64,000 bases of DNA, from positions 64,026,465-64,090,464 of the forward strand of contig NC_068986.1 of NCBI RefSeq assembly GCF_001194135.2. Reading direction: 5' to 3'. This DNA is from Octopus bimaculoides. Lineage: Eukaryota. The notes under the pieces were generated by a model. The model saw only the letters and a list, made by a program, of their open reading frames with translations. It ran no database searches and had not been told where the DNA came from. Of the stretch, positions 1-12,102 are shown piece by piece. Both the position numbers and the translations under genes were made by a program. Positions within the stretch are counted from its first letter, which is position 1, and each line of letters opens with the position of its first letter.

Positions 1-299
1 TTAAAAAAAAAAAGTTTTTATAAAGTAGTTAAAATTATCAAATTATAGTAATTTAACTTCCACCATGATCATCTAGGGCTATTAATTAGCACATATTTTA
101 AATTGGAAATTGAACCTTTATAACTTATATTCCTGATCTCTCACCTTTACATTTAATCTACTTGTGATAAATAAGATTTAAAATCTACTCCATAGAAGAT
201 ATTCTTTCACACCACTTCTGCTATTGCTGTTAGTTTCTCAATATGTATCTTAACCCTATATAGCTTATAAGAATAGAAAATTTTCATAAGTTTTTACGT

Positions 300-1248
300 T
301 ATTTAATGCTTGACTTTAAAAGAATCATTATTATTGTTGTTATTACATTATTCCAGGGCTTACAACAATAGTGCCTTGTTTATTTTGTATTTTTTTTACT
401 TAAATAAATCTAATCTTTATGCCCAAAATAAATCTAATCCTTATTCAATTAATATTTTTTAATTAGCCTATGTTAATCTTAAAACAAATTCATGACTAAT
501 GAAACTTTTAATCAATCATCAGGTTCCTGTATTGGATATCCTTGTTAATTCCTAATATCCTTTTTCTTTTTCTGTCCCTTAAACCTTAGTAAACCCATAA
601 ACTAATATAAATCCTATACTAATTTTTTCTTCACATTATAAAAATAAAGCTTAAATTTTATGTGTCTTCTAAATAGTATTATTATATATATCAGCTAAAA
701 TTTTTTTAAATAATTTTTTTAAATAATTCAAAATTATTTTCATGAACCCAATATACTTAATATCCTTAGACTTTACACCTTATCTATAGCCTCTGAATTC
801 AATACTGACATTACTTCATGCTTTTTATTATATTAGCATACCTCTTACTGTTAAAATATTGGTTAACCTAATATTGATATCTGTAAAACAATACTGATGC
901 TCTATTTAGACTAAAGGAAAAGCCCTGTTTGACCTATATACCTAGGGTTTAATTCCTCAACATTTTGATAGTAGTAAAATACCCCAACCTATAAGAGTGT
1001 TTGCCACTCTGACCAGAGAATCCTTTTTAACCATATCTTTTATAGCCTTGTCCATGCATAATGCTTACACCTTCCCTTTCCTTAGAAGTGATTGTCCCCC
1101 ATACTATTACTACCAGATAAGAGACAATAAAATCAGAGACAGTTAAGAATTTTTGCCTAGAACCAATTACTAGCTTGATAGACTTGGCTATGTCAAGATG
1201 AATTTTTATGTATTCTTCCTCCCACTTGGATTTGAAATGTTGCCACAA
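300..1248 (-). pseudogene. Highly decayed non-LTR (RTE/CR1-like) reverse transcriptase, 3' half
   Basis: Manual minus-strand translation gives RT-like remnants in the expected order: IHLDIAK (LDxxKAFD-like), G..VKQGFS (GVxQG), DIKYIG (KYLG), ILVYG, RILGI. Many stops and frameshifts; boundaries approximate. Confidence 0.55.
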
Positions 1249-1510
1249 TTATAATATGTCTATTCTACTGTGATCTTCTGCATTTCCCTGCAGCTGAAGA
1301 TTGCTCTACATATTGCATTTAATGTAATGCTCGCATTACTTAAATAAATGGAGTAGCATGAAACGTGCGTACTGCAATCATCTTTGAAATCCGTGTTGCT
1401 TATTTTGATCACCTAGTTTTTTGGAATGGTTTTTGTATAATACCATACCATACTATATTCTGGTGCCTAAACATAAGTACCATATTCAATCTTGAATCTA
1501 AATCTAAACC
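1243..1510 (+). mobile_element. Short non-autonomous hammerhead-containing element (Penelope pLTR / retrozyme-like), copy A
   Basis: Homologous to 24128-24408 (minus): shared blocks cagCTGA.GAttgctct, aaatggag, GAAAC, gttgcttattttgat, ataatacc, attctggtgc, taagtaccatattca, tgaatctaaat. Ends at a (TA)n tract. Confidence 0.75.
1289..1376 (+). ncRNA. Type I hammerhead ribozyme motif
   Basis: tgcag-CTGAAGA (1294-1300); stem II TGCT/AGCA with a U-U first pair and ~50-nt insert; GAAAC-gtgc-GTA (1360-1371); ctgca. Stem I is 5 bp; predicted cleavage after A1371. Confidence 0.75.
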
Positions 1511-2245
1511 TTATATATATATATATNNNNNNNNNNNNNNNNNNNNNNNNNNNNNNNNNNNNNNNNNNNNNNNNNNNNNNNNNNNNNNNNNNNNNNNNNN
1601 NNNNNNNNNNNNNNNNNNNNNNNNNNNNNNNNNNNNNNNNNNNNNNNNNNNNNNNNNNNNNNNNNNNNNNNNNNNNNNNNNNNNNNNNNNNNNNNNNNNN
1701 NNNNNNNNNNNNNNNNNNNNNNNNNNNNNNNNNNNNNNNNNNNNNNNNNNNNNNNNNNNNNNNNNNNNNNNNNNNNNNNNNNNNNNNNNNNNNNNNNNNN
1801 NNNNNNNNNNNNNNNNNNNNNNNNNNNNNNNNNNNNNNNNNNNNNNNNNNNNNNNNNNNNNNNNNNNNNNNNNNNNNNNNNNNNNNNNNNNNNNNNNNNN
1901 NNNNNNNNNNNNNNNNNNNNNNNNNNNNNNNNNNNNNNNNNNNNNNNNNNNNNNNNNNNNNNATACAACTACACCCCCTCTCTAATACTTTGAACTCTAT
2001 ACCAAACTATAATTAAAGAAAACTTCAACGAAAAAGCTGCAGACTTGTTTTTGACCCCCAAAACAAGATAAACTGTTTTTACTTCAAACTTTTATAAATT
2101 TTTACTATTTGTTAAGATGAGATTCATCATTGAAACTGGCAATATTCTATATTTTCATTATATAATTTTTAGATAATTTTATTAAATTCTCTCTAAATTG
2201 AAATGTCTTAGATTTACTTCTGTGCTATTTCCACCATCTTTTGTA

Positions 2246-2279
<34 letters not shown>

Positions 2280-4235
2280 ATGACTGCAAAATAAGTAATT
2301 TATCTTTAAGTGGAACTACATCTCATCTCCACACAAATCAACTGTATTTACTTGTGCATAATGTGAGAAATTTAATATAAAAATCATGAGAGTGAAAATT
2401 GGTGGGCAGCATTATACTTGAAAAACTAAAATAAGATATATTATTGATTTTTACCATCAAAATGTATGTGGGCATGGGGTGGAGGAAGGAGCATTATATT
2501 TGAGATCGCATTGGACTTATATTTTTCTTATCAAGTCGAGATATTTCTGTGCCAAGTGGCTGGTGGAGCTGTAAGAGTCAAAGACAGAATATTGCTTTCA
2601 TAACTGGGATGGAACTTTTTAAAGTCGCTGATATTTTAAACCATACCTGACTGAGAGAGAGACTAAATGGTTGCTCAACATGCTACAAATAGCAGCCAAG
2701 TGCCCTCAACTCACACCTCACTGTCTTAAAGAAAGAAGAACAAATGGGTAGAGTAGTTCTAAAGATACAAAAAGTCAAGATGTTCATAACTGGAATACCT
2801 TTGATCAGGGCTGACCTAGGGCTAAACAACAGCAGAAACCAACAAAGGTGCCTCTACATAGTCATCTGACCTGCTAGAATAAAAGAACATTAACTCTCAC
2901 ACTCTGGCCAGGTCCATCTTGGCTACCTTCACCAGAATCTACAGGTATTCAGAAGTACACTTGGTGATGGATAGAGTAGAACATGCTCACACTGTCACCC
3001 TGCACACCATAAAATTCATCACTGAATGTTGTAGCATGGTTCTCAGCTAGATGGAGGAATGTTATATCTCTGGTTATGTCTCAGTCAATCAGTACACTAC
3101 TTGCATACAATAAGTCTGCTCTGTTTGTATTCATTTAACCAGTCTTATTCTGTCTACTCATTCAAGGGAATCTATGTACTCAAGACAGCAATAATCCTTC
3201 TTTCTATCAACATAGATAAAAGGCAATTATTCATCTACCAGAGAGCTTCCTTGACCTTAGTATCTATTTTGCTGCAAAGCAAAAAACAAGTAGACTTGAT
3301 GAACCAATGAGGTAACTTCTACATGGTTTCTCAATCTGCTAAAAATAGCACCAAATATTACACCCTAGTGTCATTAAAAAAGAAGGGATACCAGATAATA
3401 TAGTCCTATATATGCACTGCTCAAGTGAAGGGTAAGCAGGTCTTTGCTGAAACACTCTTGATCATAGGTCTGCTGAGCCAGTGCTGACCTTAGTCTAAAT
3501 ACCAACAATATGTAGAGTTGAGAATCTTGCTTAAAGACAAAGTGAGGCATTTGAAATACATATTCATGCTCCATGTAACAAGAGCTAACATGTTTATTAT
3601 CCAATTAGACAATCACTACTTCTAGTAGTATCGATTGATAATAAAACAATCTTCAGACTTCAAGAAAGCTAGTGATGGTTTGGTTTGCATAGGCAAAAGT
3701 CATTTCAGTAAAAAGAATTCAGTTACAGGAAAACTGATGATACACTTGTTCCTACAGGTGGTCTTGATTGTGATGGAGATCTCACAAGCAAATCATCATA
3801 GATTGCAATAAATATTGTCCAAAATCGATTTTAGCCCTAACCAACAGAAGGTTAGTGTACCCGCAAACTGAAATGCATATAATCAAAAGATTGGATGCTG
3901 AAAGATGAGGAAGAAGAAACTTTTGAATGGCTGATAAGATGAACAACTGTCGGTCATGCACTGGTTGGTAGGTCTGTTCTCTCACATCTAACACATCATG
4001 CTGTAATAAATAAAATAATTTTAGATTCAAAATGTGATTTTATAGAGAAGTGTGTGTGTGTGTGTGAATATATATATGTGTGTATCTACATGTGTGTTTG
4101 CAAGTCTGAGTATTTATATTATATAAATANNNNNNNNNNNNNNNNNNNNNNNNNNNNNNATATATATATATATATATATAAAGTAGGGGTAAAATAAAAG
4201 TGGAGAAATTTTAAAGACTCTTTCTTTTAGCTCTT

Positions 4236-4958
4236 TCAGTTCAATGAAGTATGTGAAAATGCCTGAGATTTTCGTCGAGAGAACAGACACCACCGATCCC
4301 GATAGCTCTGCTCTATAATTAGACTACTTATTAAGGCTTTAGCATCATAGCCTGATGAAGAAGATAGTTGAGAGTCCACCATTTCCCAGCCACAATTTTT
4401 TAGATATTCTCCAAGACGCAGGCGGATATTGCTCCCATTAAGCTCAATCTCAGCAAATTCCAATCCATTTTTAGTCTGTAATTTCTCCAAGGCTTCCTTG
4501 CCAATGAGATTTGATGGCAAGGAGATAATCATATCTTTACGCCCAGACAAAATAGTTTTGACCCGAGAATTATTTGTGGGCATAGTTGCTGTAGATCCAG
4601 TTCGTACTTCAATTATTTCAAGAAAGACGCCACCACTTTTGTCAGCAAGGTCATCTCGTAATTTACACAAGTCTTGAATTAAAGGTTTGATTTGATAGAA
4701 ATCTGCCTCAGTCAGCAGCAAGTCATACTCCTTGAAGTCCATTGGAAGGGAAAGCTTCTTAGACCGAAGAAAATTCAAGATATAACGGAACATGAATCCA
4801 TCCCTATCAATGAAATAAAATCCACTTTTGTCAATTGTTGTTGGGTATGACCCGCTGAACATTGTCCCAAGCATGGAATCGGCATATTGACAAAGCGTCG
4901 AGCGCGTTGTGGAGTAATGTGTGCCACCAACATTCAAGTTGACAATATCCTCGGCCAT
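4236..4958 (-). CDS. BTB/POZ (T1-type) domain protein, KCTD6/KCTD21-like, 240 aa, CDS in one exon
   Basis: Intact ORF with IVNLNVGG..Y.T..STL...DSMLG.MF, YFIDRDG..FRYILNFLR, EADFYQI. Acceptor ttattctcttatag places the exon start at 4996; an in-frame TGA upstream supports ATG 4958 as the start. Confidence 0.93.
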   Translation of the reverse strand: MAEDIVNLNVGGTHYSTTRSTLCQYADSMLGTMFSGSYPTTIDKSGFYFIDRDGFMFRYILNFLRSKKLSLPMDFKEYDLLLTEADFYQIKPLIQDLCKLRDDLADKSGGVFLEIIEVRTGSTATMPTNNSRVKTILSGRKDMIISLPSNLIGKEALEKLQTKNGLEFAEIELNGSNIRLRLGEYLKNCGWEMVDSQLSSSSGYDAKALISSLIIEQSYRDRWCLFSRRKSQAFSHTSLN

Positions 4959-5419
4959 ACCAACTACATCTGCAGCTACTCACACCAGGCCGGGCACTAT
5001 AAGAGAATAAGCAGATTAAATGACATTTTAGATAAAATGTAACAAATCAATGGATGACATAGCATATCATACAAAAAATTCAACAAATATAAATATCAAA
5101 AGGTTAATATAGTCATTCAAATAAATAACAGAACTTGCACCATATAATTATCTTCTTTAGGGGAAATGCTTTCATCAATGTGAGAAAGAGATAGCAACTT
5201 CAATAGCTGTCTATTAATGAAATGAATATAAAACTGGCCAAATTTTATACAATGCTTCCAAACTGTGCTGTCAGACTAAAAAAAAACAAACCCTTTCTAG
5301 CTGCTCAGCATAAAAAAAATACAATTAAAATCTCTAAATTAAAAAAAATTAATATGCCACTAATTTTAGTGCTACTTATTCCATCAATATTTGAAGTCAG
5401 AATTATCAAATAGCACAGA

Positions 5420-5465
<46 letters not shown>

Positions 5466-5547
5466 ATATAAGAGTATTTTTTACATGTGATATAAAACTC
5501 AATACATTGGACAAAGCGGATAGACATAGACTGTCAACTTTTGAGAT

Positions 5548-5968
5548 ATCATCATCATTTAACATCCATTGTCCATGCTGGCATGGGTTGGATGGTTTAA
5601 TAAGGGCTGGTAGGCTGAGTGGCTGCACCAGATTCCAGTCTGATTTGGCACAATTTCTATGGCTGGATGTTCTTCCTAATGCCTAACCACTACGAGAGTG
5701 TAACAGGTGCTTTTACATTCCACAAGTACGGGTGCTAGATGCATGACATCAATATCTGCCATGACTATGATTTCACTTGGCTTGATGGATCTTCCCTCTC
5801 ATGCACGGCATATTGCCAAAGGTCTCCATTATTTGTCATTGCCTCCATGAGGCCCAGCACTTGAAAATGTTTTTATGTGCCACTGGGACGGTTGCTGGTC
5901 TGCAACACCAGCAACAGCCACATTACCTGCAAGGCCCAACACTTGAAAGATGTTTTTTACGTGCCATT
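5548..5968 (-). mobile_element. RTE-tail SINE-like repeat ((GAT)n tail, internal ~60-nt subrepeats)
   Basis: catcatcatttaac.tcc.tt.tccatgct.gcatgggttgga...ctggatg.ccttcctaa motif. Related copies at 12719-12871, 22248-22693 (opposite strand), 24064-24105, 42415-42730, 51981-52180, 52905-53120, 55558-56100. Confidence 0.8.
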
Positions 5969-6195
5969 GGCATATATGTATAGTTTCTATTCCTCCATCA
6001 ACCCAATAGTAGTTAATACGGCACTCTGGCTAGCTCATAACAAAGCTGGTCTTACCGGGGAAGAGATTAATGTCGTGTTGGCTGCCAGAAAAATCTATCA
6101 TAAAATTTGACAAGCTGTGGGTCCGTAAGGGCACACTTGATGGTTTTGATGTTACGATGGGAAGTTCTGATTCAGCACAAATAACTGATTTGGTT

Positions 6196-6236
<41 letters not shown>

Positions 6237-8100
6237 NNNNNNNNNNNNNNNNNNNNNNNNNNNNNNNNNNNNNNNNNNNNNNNNNNNNNNNNNNNNNNNN
6301 NNNNNNNNNNNNNNNNNNNNNNNNNNNNNNNNNNNNNNNNNNNNNNNNNNNNNNNNNNNNNNNNNNNNNNNNNNNNNNNNNNNNNNNNNNNNNNNNNNNN
6401 NNNNNNNNNNNNNNNNNNNNNNNNNNNNNNNNNNNNNNNNNNNNNNNNNNNNNNNNNNNNNNNNNNNNNNNNNNNNNNNNNNNNNNNNNNNNNNNNNNNN
6501 NNNNNNNNNNNNNNNNNNNNNNNNNNNNNNNNNNNNNNNNNNNNNNNNNNNNNNNNNNNNNNNNNNNNNNNNNNNNNNNNNNNNNNNNNNNNNNNNNNNN
6601 NNNNNNNNNNNNNNNNNNNNNNNNNNNNNNNNNNNNNNNNNNNNNNNNNNNNNNNNNNNNNNNNNNNNNNNNNNNNNNNNNNNNNNNNNNNNNNNNNNNN
6701 NNNNNNNNNNNNNNNNNNNNNNNNNNNNNNNNNNNNNNNNNNNNNNNNNNNNNNNNNNNNNNNNNNNNNNNNNNNNNNNNNNNNNNNNNNNNNNNNNNNN
6801 NNNNNNNNNNNNNNNNNNNNNNNNNNNNNNNNNNNNNNNNNNNNNNNNNNNNNNNNNNNNNNNNNNNNNNNNNNNNNNNNNTTAAAGATAGTTACACTAA
6901 AAATGAGGCAACTAATAGCAAAACTATTTGGTTGATTATTCCTCATGGGAGGCAAACTAAATCTAATCTTCCTTTCCAGTTTCGGGAAGCTATTATTAAG
7001 AATTTTCCAACTCGCACATGGTTGGGATTGCTTTTCCAACACAAAAAAATCTCTCACAAAATATTAGTCTGTTAAATAAGAATCCAATTACTAATACTAA
7101 CATTAATTTAGCTGATACCAACCATCTCACTAGAAATATTAATAACAAGGTTATTGTCTCTGAAGTCAATTCCAACAGAATTAAGTTTATGTCTAGTAAT
7201 TCTAAGATATTAAAAACTCTATATACCAGTGTAAAATTACTTCAGGTACCGATGTCTTTTTTTTATATAGGTAGTTCTTCTCAGTTAACTAAAAGAATTT
7301 CTAATCATTACTCTACATTTAGGGATAGTAATAAACACAACAGTACAGGGCTAAGTAAATTAATTTGGTATCTATAAGACCATAATAAACAATTTAATTT
7401 AGATTGGTTGATTCTCTCCATTTCCTTCCCATATGATAAAGGCAAAGAATTCTGCCAACTCTGTAATACTGAACTATTTTCTATTCTTTTTTCTAAGAAT
7501 CCCCTTGTAAACACGGTTATAGAGTGTGCTTATCAATGTAAACATTGGCAGAAACATACCTTTAATTCATATAAGTGATATCTACCATTATATATAATTT
7601 GAACATTAATTTTCTTACATTTCACTTCCACTAGATATATCTTTTTCCAAGCCATTAAGCTTTTATTTTAATTCACGTATCGCTCTATATTTCTCCTTTA
7701 TTAGTTTTCTGCTTATTTCTTTCCTTTACCCCTTCTCTTTCTACAGGCTACCTTTGATGTTATATCCTCTAACAGTTTTTTAAAAAAATTCTGTTAAAAT
7801 GTCTTATTGATGAGTTTGGTTTATGTCTTTCTTTCCCTGATGAGAAGATTACGCCATTTTATTCCTTTGGAATAATACCAATGTTGTCTTCGAAACATGT
7901 GTCGGACGTAAAAGAATTTGAATAACACCTACGTTTAACTCCATTTATTGATTTATATATATTATACTAAATATTTCACATCAACCCGGAGTTTCTACCT
8001 TTAAAAACAAGGTGTTATGTCCTTATTACTTGTGTGATTTTTTGCTACCCTGGTAACTGTTCATCTATTTTTTCCGAGTTAATTGTAAAGAAGGAAAAAA
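5968..8100 (+). mobile_element. 5'-truncated, decayed Penelope-like element (RT + GIY-YIG endonuclease + 3' region with hammerhead)
   Basis: RT motifs SFYSSI and WVRKG..GFDVTMGS.D.AQITDLVGIYI. After the gap: TIWLIIPH..KNFP, then YIGSS..KRISNHYSTF..NSTGLSKLIWYL, CQLCNTE and CKH, matching the Penelope-type GIY-YIG region. Frameshifts and stops present. Confidence 0.85.
7831..7915 (+). ncRNA. Type I hammerhead ribozyme in Penelope 3' region
   Basis: tcc-CTGATGA (7837-7843); stem II GAAGAT/GTCTTC around a ~36-nt loop; GAAAC-atgt-GTC (7892-7903); gga. Predicted cleavage after C7903. Confidence 0.8.
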
Positions 8101-8367
8101 TACGCATACATTTATATGTGCATATATAGGTATATATATATATATAGGTATATATATATATATATATNNNNNNNNNNNNNNNNNNNNNNNNNNNNNNNNN
8201 NNNNNNNNNNNNNNNNNNNNNNNNNNNNNNNNNNNNNNNNNNNNNNNNNNNNNNNNNNNNNNNNNNNTATATATATATATATATATATATATACTTAAGA
8301 CTTAGTTGTGGGTTGGGAGTTTTATCGGCAGACGTCATTATTGTTATTATTATTTTAAATTTTTCCC

Positions 8368-8498
8368 CCAAGGGCGGCTTCAGGCAGGTGGAGAATAGTC
8401 GATTATATCGACCCCTGTGTCCAACTGGTATTTATTTTTTAGACCCCGAAAGGATGAAAGGCAAAGTCGACTTCGGCGGAATTTGAACTCAGAACGTA
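8368..8498 (-). mobile_element. tRNA-derived SINE (partial), interrupted by a MITE
   Basis: Minus strand has B-box GTTCAAATTCC plus gcctttcatcctttcggggtc core. Family copies at 27236-27454, 35220-35400, 35430-35570, 35760-35870, 44870-45075, 45790-45960, 46000-46215. Confidence 0.8.
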
Positions 8499-8945
8499 GA
8501 GATGGGTACAAACCTCCCGTCACTACACTGATTCTGCAGAACAGGGTTGAGTGTGAAAACTAACTTTAAAATGTGATAACAACAGAAAAAAAATAGTCAC
8601 ACAACTTTTTCAAATACGATCGACAAACATTTATTCCCTACAAACTGTAAGTTTTTTGGAAAATCTTTTCGTAAATCTTGAGATTAACACCCACACGATT
8701 ACCTACCTAACCCTAAAACTCCAACTCTAACACTTAAGTGAAAATCTTGTGGGTGTTAATCTGAAAAATTACCCAGATTTGTAATGAAGTTCACTGATTT
8801 GCAATGTGTTGTCCATAAGCTCCGTAGTTTGTATAAATGAGTGTGTATTCAAAAACATCTTTATTTACACTTTAAAGTTGGTTTTCACACTCAACCCTGT
8901 TCTGCAGAATCAGTGTAGCGACGGGAGGTTTGTACCCATCTCTAC
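8496..8945. mobile_element. MITE with 75-bp terminal inverted repeats (hAT-like TAGAGATG termini)
   Basis: 8496-8570 is the reverse complement of 8871-8945 with 2 mismatches. Internal short inverted repeat brackets CCCTAA-like repeats. Confidence 0.8.
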
Positions 8946-9238
8946 NNNNNNNNNNNNNNNNNNNNNNNNNNNNNNNNNNNNNNNNNNNNNNNNNNNNNNN
9001 NNNNNNNNNNNNNNNNNNNNNNNNNNNNNNNNNNNNNNNNNNNNNNNNNNNNNNNNNNNNNNNNNNNNNNNNNNNNNNNNNNNNNNNNNNNNNNNNNNNN
9101 NNNNNNNNNNNNNNNNNNNNNNNNNNNNNNNNNNNNNNNNNNNNNNNNNNNNNNNNNNNNNNNNNNNNNNNNNNNNNNNNNNNNNNNNNNNNNNNNNNNN
9201 NNNNNNNNNNNNNNNNNNNNNNNNNNNNNNNNNNNNNN

Positions 9239-9560
9239 GTGAAAACCAACTTTAAAGTGTAAATAAAGATGTTTTTGAATACACACTCATTTATACAAAC
9301 TACGGAGCTTATGGACAACACATTGCAAATCAGTGAACTTCATTACAAATCTGGGTAATTTTTCAGATTAACACCCGCACGATTTTCACTAGGGTGTTAG
9401 GATTACGGTTTTTGGGTCAGGGTTAGGGTTTTAGGGTTAGGGTTAGGGTTACGATGAGGTTTAGTGTTGTGGTTACGGTTTTAGGGTCAGGGTTAGGGTC
9501 TAAGGATTACGGTTACATAATTGTGCGGGCGTTAATCTGAAAAATTACCAAAATGTGAAA
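9239..9560. mobile_element. Second, inverted copy of the same MITE with expanded TTAGGG-like array
   Basis: 9239-9388 is the reverse complement of ~8738-8887. Degenerate TTAGGG/TTACGG array at ~9390-9515 lies between the inverted repeats tttcagattaacacccgcac and gtgcgggcgttaatctgaaa. Confidence 0.7.
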
Positions 9561-9585
9561 ACTACCGACCCTGCCAACTGTTATA

Positions 9586-10083
9586 TCTTTTGTTGTTCTC
9601 TTTAATATGTACATAGATTATGCCTCCAAACAAGACAACTTGCTAGGGAAAGAAAGCAACCGGTTTAAAAAGACAGCAACAGACTGCATCAATTCAACAC
9701 ATTCCAGAAGCTACTTTGAACATAATGCAAAATGGTGCATCAACATCTACTGCCCAATCTGATACAATTCTGGCAGAACTGTGTAGCAACAGATCACCAG
9801 CAATTGCTTCATCAGAAATTGCCGTCCTACCTCCTGCAAAAAGGAATTACCCTGCTATGTATAATCAGGGCAGCACAAAAAGTTGTTTTGCACAAGCATT
9901 TAGACGGATGAAATTTACATGCGCTTAATAATGTTACTCAAAACAGCCTTCAGACTTTCCCTATTGATTTCATCGTCTTTTGAATTATGAACATATTTAC
10001 ACCATAAGGGTTTTTTCGTTGATTTTCACCTAGCAAGATGGCGTAATAAGTCACACCCGGACAACGTCGGGTTATACTGCTAG
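9586..10083 (+). mobile_element. Non-autonomous Helitron-like element
   Basis: 3' hairpin cccggacaacgtcggg followed ~8 nt later by CTAG|T (10080-10083). The same architecture, with shared agatggcgt, is at 58381-58444. The 5' TC end is tentative. Confidence 0.55.
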
Positions 10084-10559
10084 TTATATATATAGATGAA
10101 ATCTGAATGAAGCCCATCATGTATATATATTTTATCATCATTTAACAGCTATGTCCCTTACTGCACAGGTTGAACAATATGTGAGTGTGTGTTGTTCATC
10201 AAGCATGAACAAGAGGACGTTGAAGTGATGATACACAAACACACACACACATTATCTGCTAAACTTTCTCAAAATTTCCATTTACCCAACTTCTCTCACT
10301 GGCTGTGGTAGAAGACATTTGTCAAGGTGCTGCACAATGAAATCAAACACAGAAACTCATAAACTCTCACACAAATACAAACATAGGCACATAGAAATAC
10401 ATGTACATACACATAGAAATGCATATATAAAACCACTATGCCTAAACCTTCCTTCCCAAAATATCAGCCTTCTGGAATTTCCTCTCTGTTGTTCATATGA
10501 CAAGTGTAGCAGCATCATAGTCAACTGTTATAAGGTTAACTTCTCTCTACTTTAGAGAG

Positions 10560-10990
10560 GAGTAGTTAGAGGTATCAAACAGCAGGATCAGATCATGAAA
10601 GTCACTGAGAGGATCATAGCTCAATTAATTATGAAGAAAGTCAAATTAGATGAAATGCAATTTGGATTCATGCCAAGAAGAATTATTACTGATGCAACTG
10701 CAGTGGGGATGGGTAACAGTACCTCATTTTTGTTGAGATGGATGGGTCACAGCATATTACCATTCAACTTGGTTCTTTGTCTCCTCCTTCATGAGGCTTA
10801 ACATTTTGAAGTCAATCTTCACTACTTCATCCCACATCCTCCTAGGTTTCCCTCTGCCATGGGCTTTATGCACAGTAAGCAATTGGTACTTCTTTATACA
10901 GCTTTCCTCATCCATCTGCATCACATGACCAGACTAGCACAGACTTCTTTCTCTCTTGCACGTCATATCTGATGCCTCTTATGCTCAATT
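10560..10990. mobile_element. RTE LINE fragments
   Basis: MKVTERIIAQLI.KKVKLDEMQFGFMP (plus strand), followed by minus-strand RTE 3' sequence. Confidence 0.65.
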
Positions 10991-11024
10991 TTACACAATG
11001 ATGATGATGATGATTATTCTCGTT

Positions 11025-11861
11025 CAGGTACTCTTCGCCAGTTGCTATTCTATGATTGTGCAGGCTTCTCTCTCGACGATGGATTGATGTTTTCTGTTTT
11101 TGAAAGGGACTTTGAATAGAAGGCCACTGGCCTTCCTTGTTGTGATAGCATCCCGCCCAAGGCTAGGTCAGAAGCATCTGTTTCAATGGTAAGTGGTATT
11201 CAAGGTTGTGGAACTGCAAGTATGACATTTACCAATGCAGTCTTAAGAGATGCAATTGCTGTTTTTGCTTCTTCTGGAAGTCCTGCTTTGTTGATATTCT
11301 TTCTGGCCTCTGGCTCTTAAGTGGAATGGTGAGTCTGGAGCACTTAGGTATCCACTTTGCATAATATGCAAAAATGCCTATTATTTGATTTAGTTCTCTC
11401 AATGTTCTTGGTTCTGGCAAAAATAGTAGAGCTTGATACTTCTTAGGGTCAAGTTTTATTGTTGAATTTCCAATATGTCCAAGGAAGTGGATCTGCTTCT
11501 CAGAGAATTGACTCTTGCTTTTATTGGTCATGCCAGATGTTTTGGTTGCCTGGATAAATCTCCTGAGGTTATCGTCATGTTCATGATGATCTTTGCTGGC
11601 TCTGATGATGTCATCTAGATAGGCAAAGTTTTTTTCAAGATTGTTTCTTTTTATGAATTCATCAACAACACGCTGGAAAAATGCTGCAGAGTTGGTACAA
11701 CCAAATGGGAGGCGTTTAAACCAGGACAATCTCCCCACTGCTTCGAACACTGTCAGTTTATAGTCTTTGGGTTCCACCTGCTGATATGCAGCTGTCGTAT
11801 CTATGTTGCTGAAAATCTTCTTTGCTGCTACTTCATTTAGATCATCAACAGTGGGAACCAT
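11025..11861 (-). pseudogene. Gypsy pol fragment (RT + start of RNase H)
   Basis: FSNIDTTAAYQQV, RLPFGCTNSAAFFQR, AYLDD, IHFLGH, GIFAYYAKWIP. After a frameshift: ETDASDLALGGMLSQQGRPVAFYSK. Confidence 0.85.
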
Positions 11862-12102
11862 TCTACCTGAATTCCTCTAGAATCCCGGAAGCACAATACT
11901 GCATCATCAACATTTCAGAAATAAGGGGGATCCACTTGTAGAATCATAACATATGTATACAAACCATATCAAACTGCTATTAAATAATACATGTATCTCC
12001 TACTAAATATATTGAGTACCCTTTTCTTTCGTTTGTTCACTCACTTGTGTATGAGTGTATGTACACACACACACACAAAGTAAATATGCCATCCAAACTT
12101 AC

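Noticed and set aside
3690-4020. Possible terminal exon of a plus-strand gene (AG acceptors, AATAAA at ~4005)
   Set aside because: No recognisable protein, all frames short, and no upstream partner exons found.
9390-9515. TTAGGG array as a true telomere or chromosome fusion scar
   Set aside because: Short, degenerate and enclosed by the inverted repeats of a MITE-like element.
9716-9928. 70-aa ORF MNIMQNGAST..
   Set aside because: No motif or convincing splice context; it lies within the putative Helitron-like segment.
10030-10050. YY1-like motif CAAGATGGCG suggesting a promoter
   Set aside because: It lies just upstream of a Helitron-type hairpin+CTAG end, and the same agatggcgt precedes the similar end at 58444, so it is better explained as a TE.
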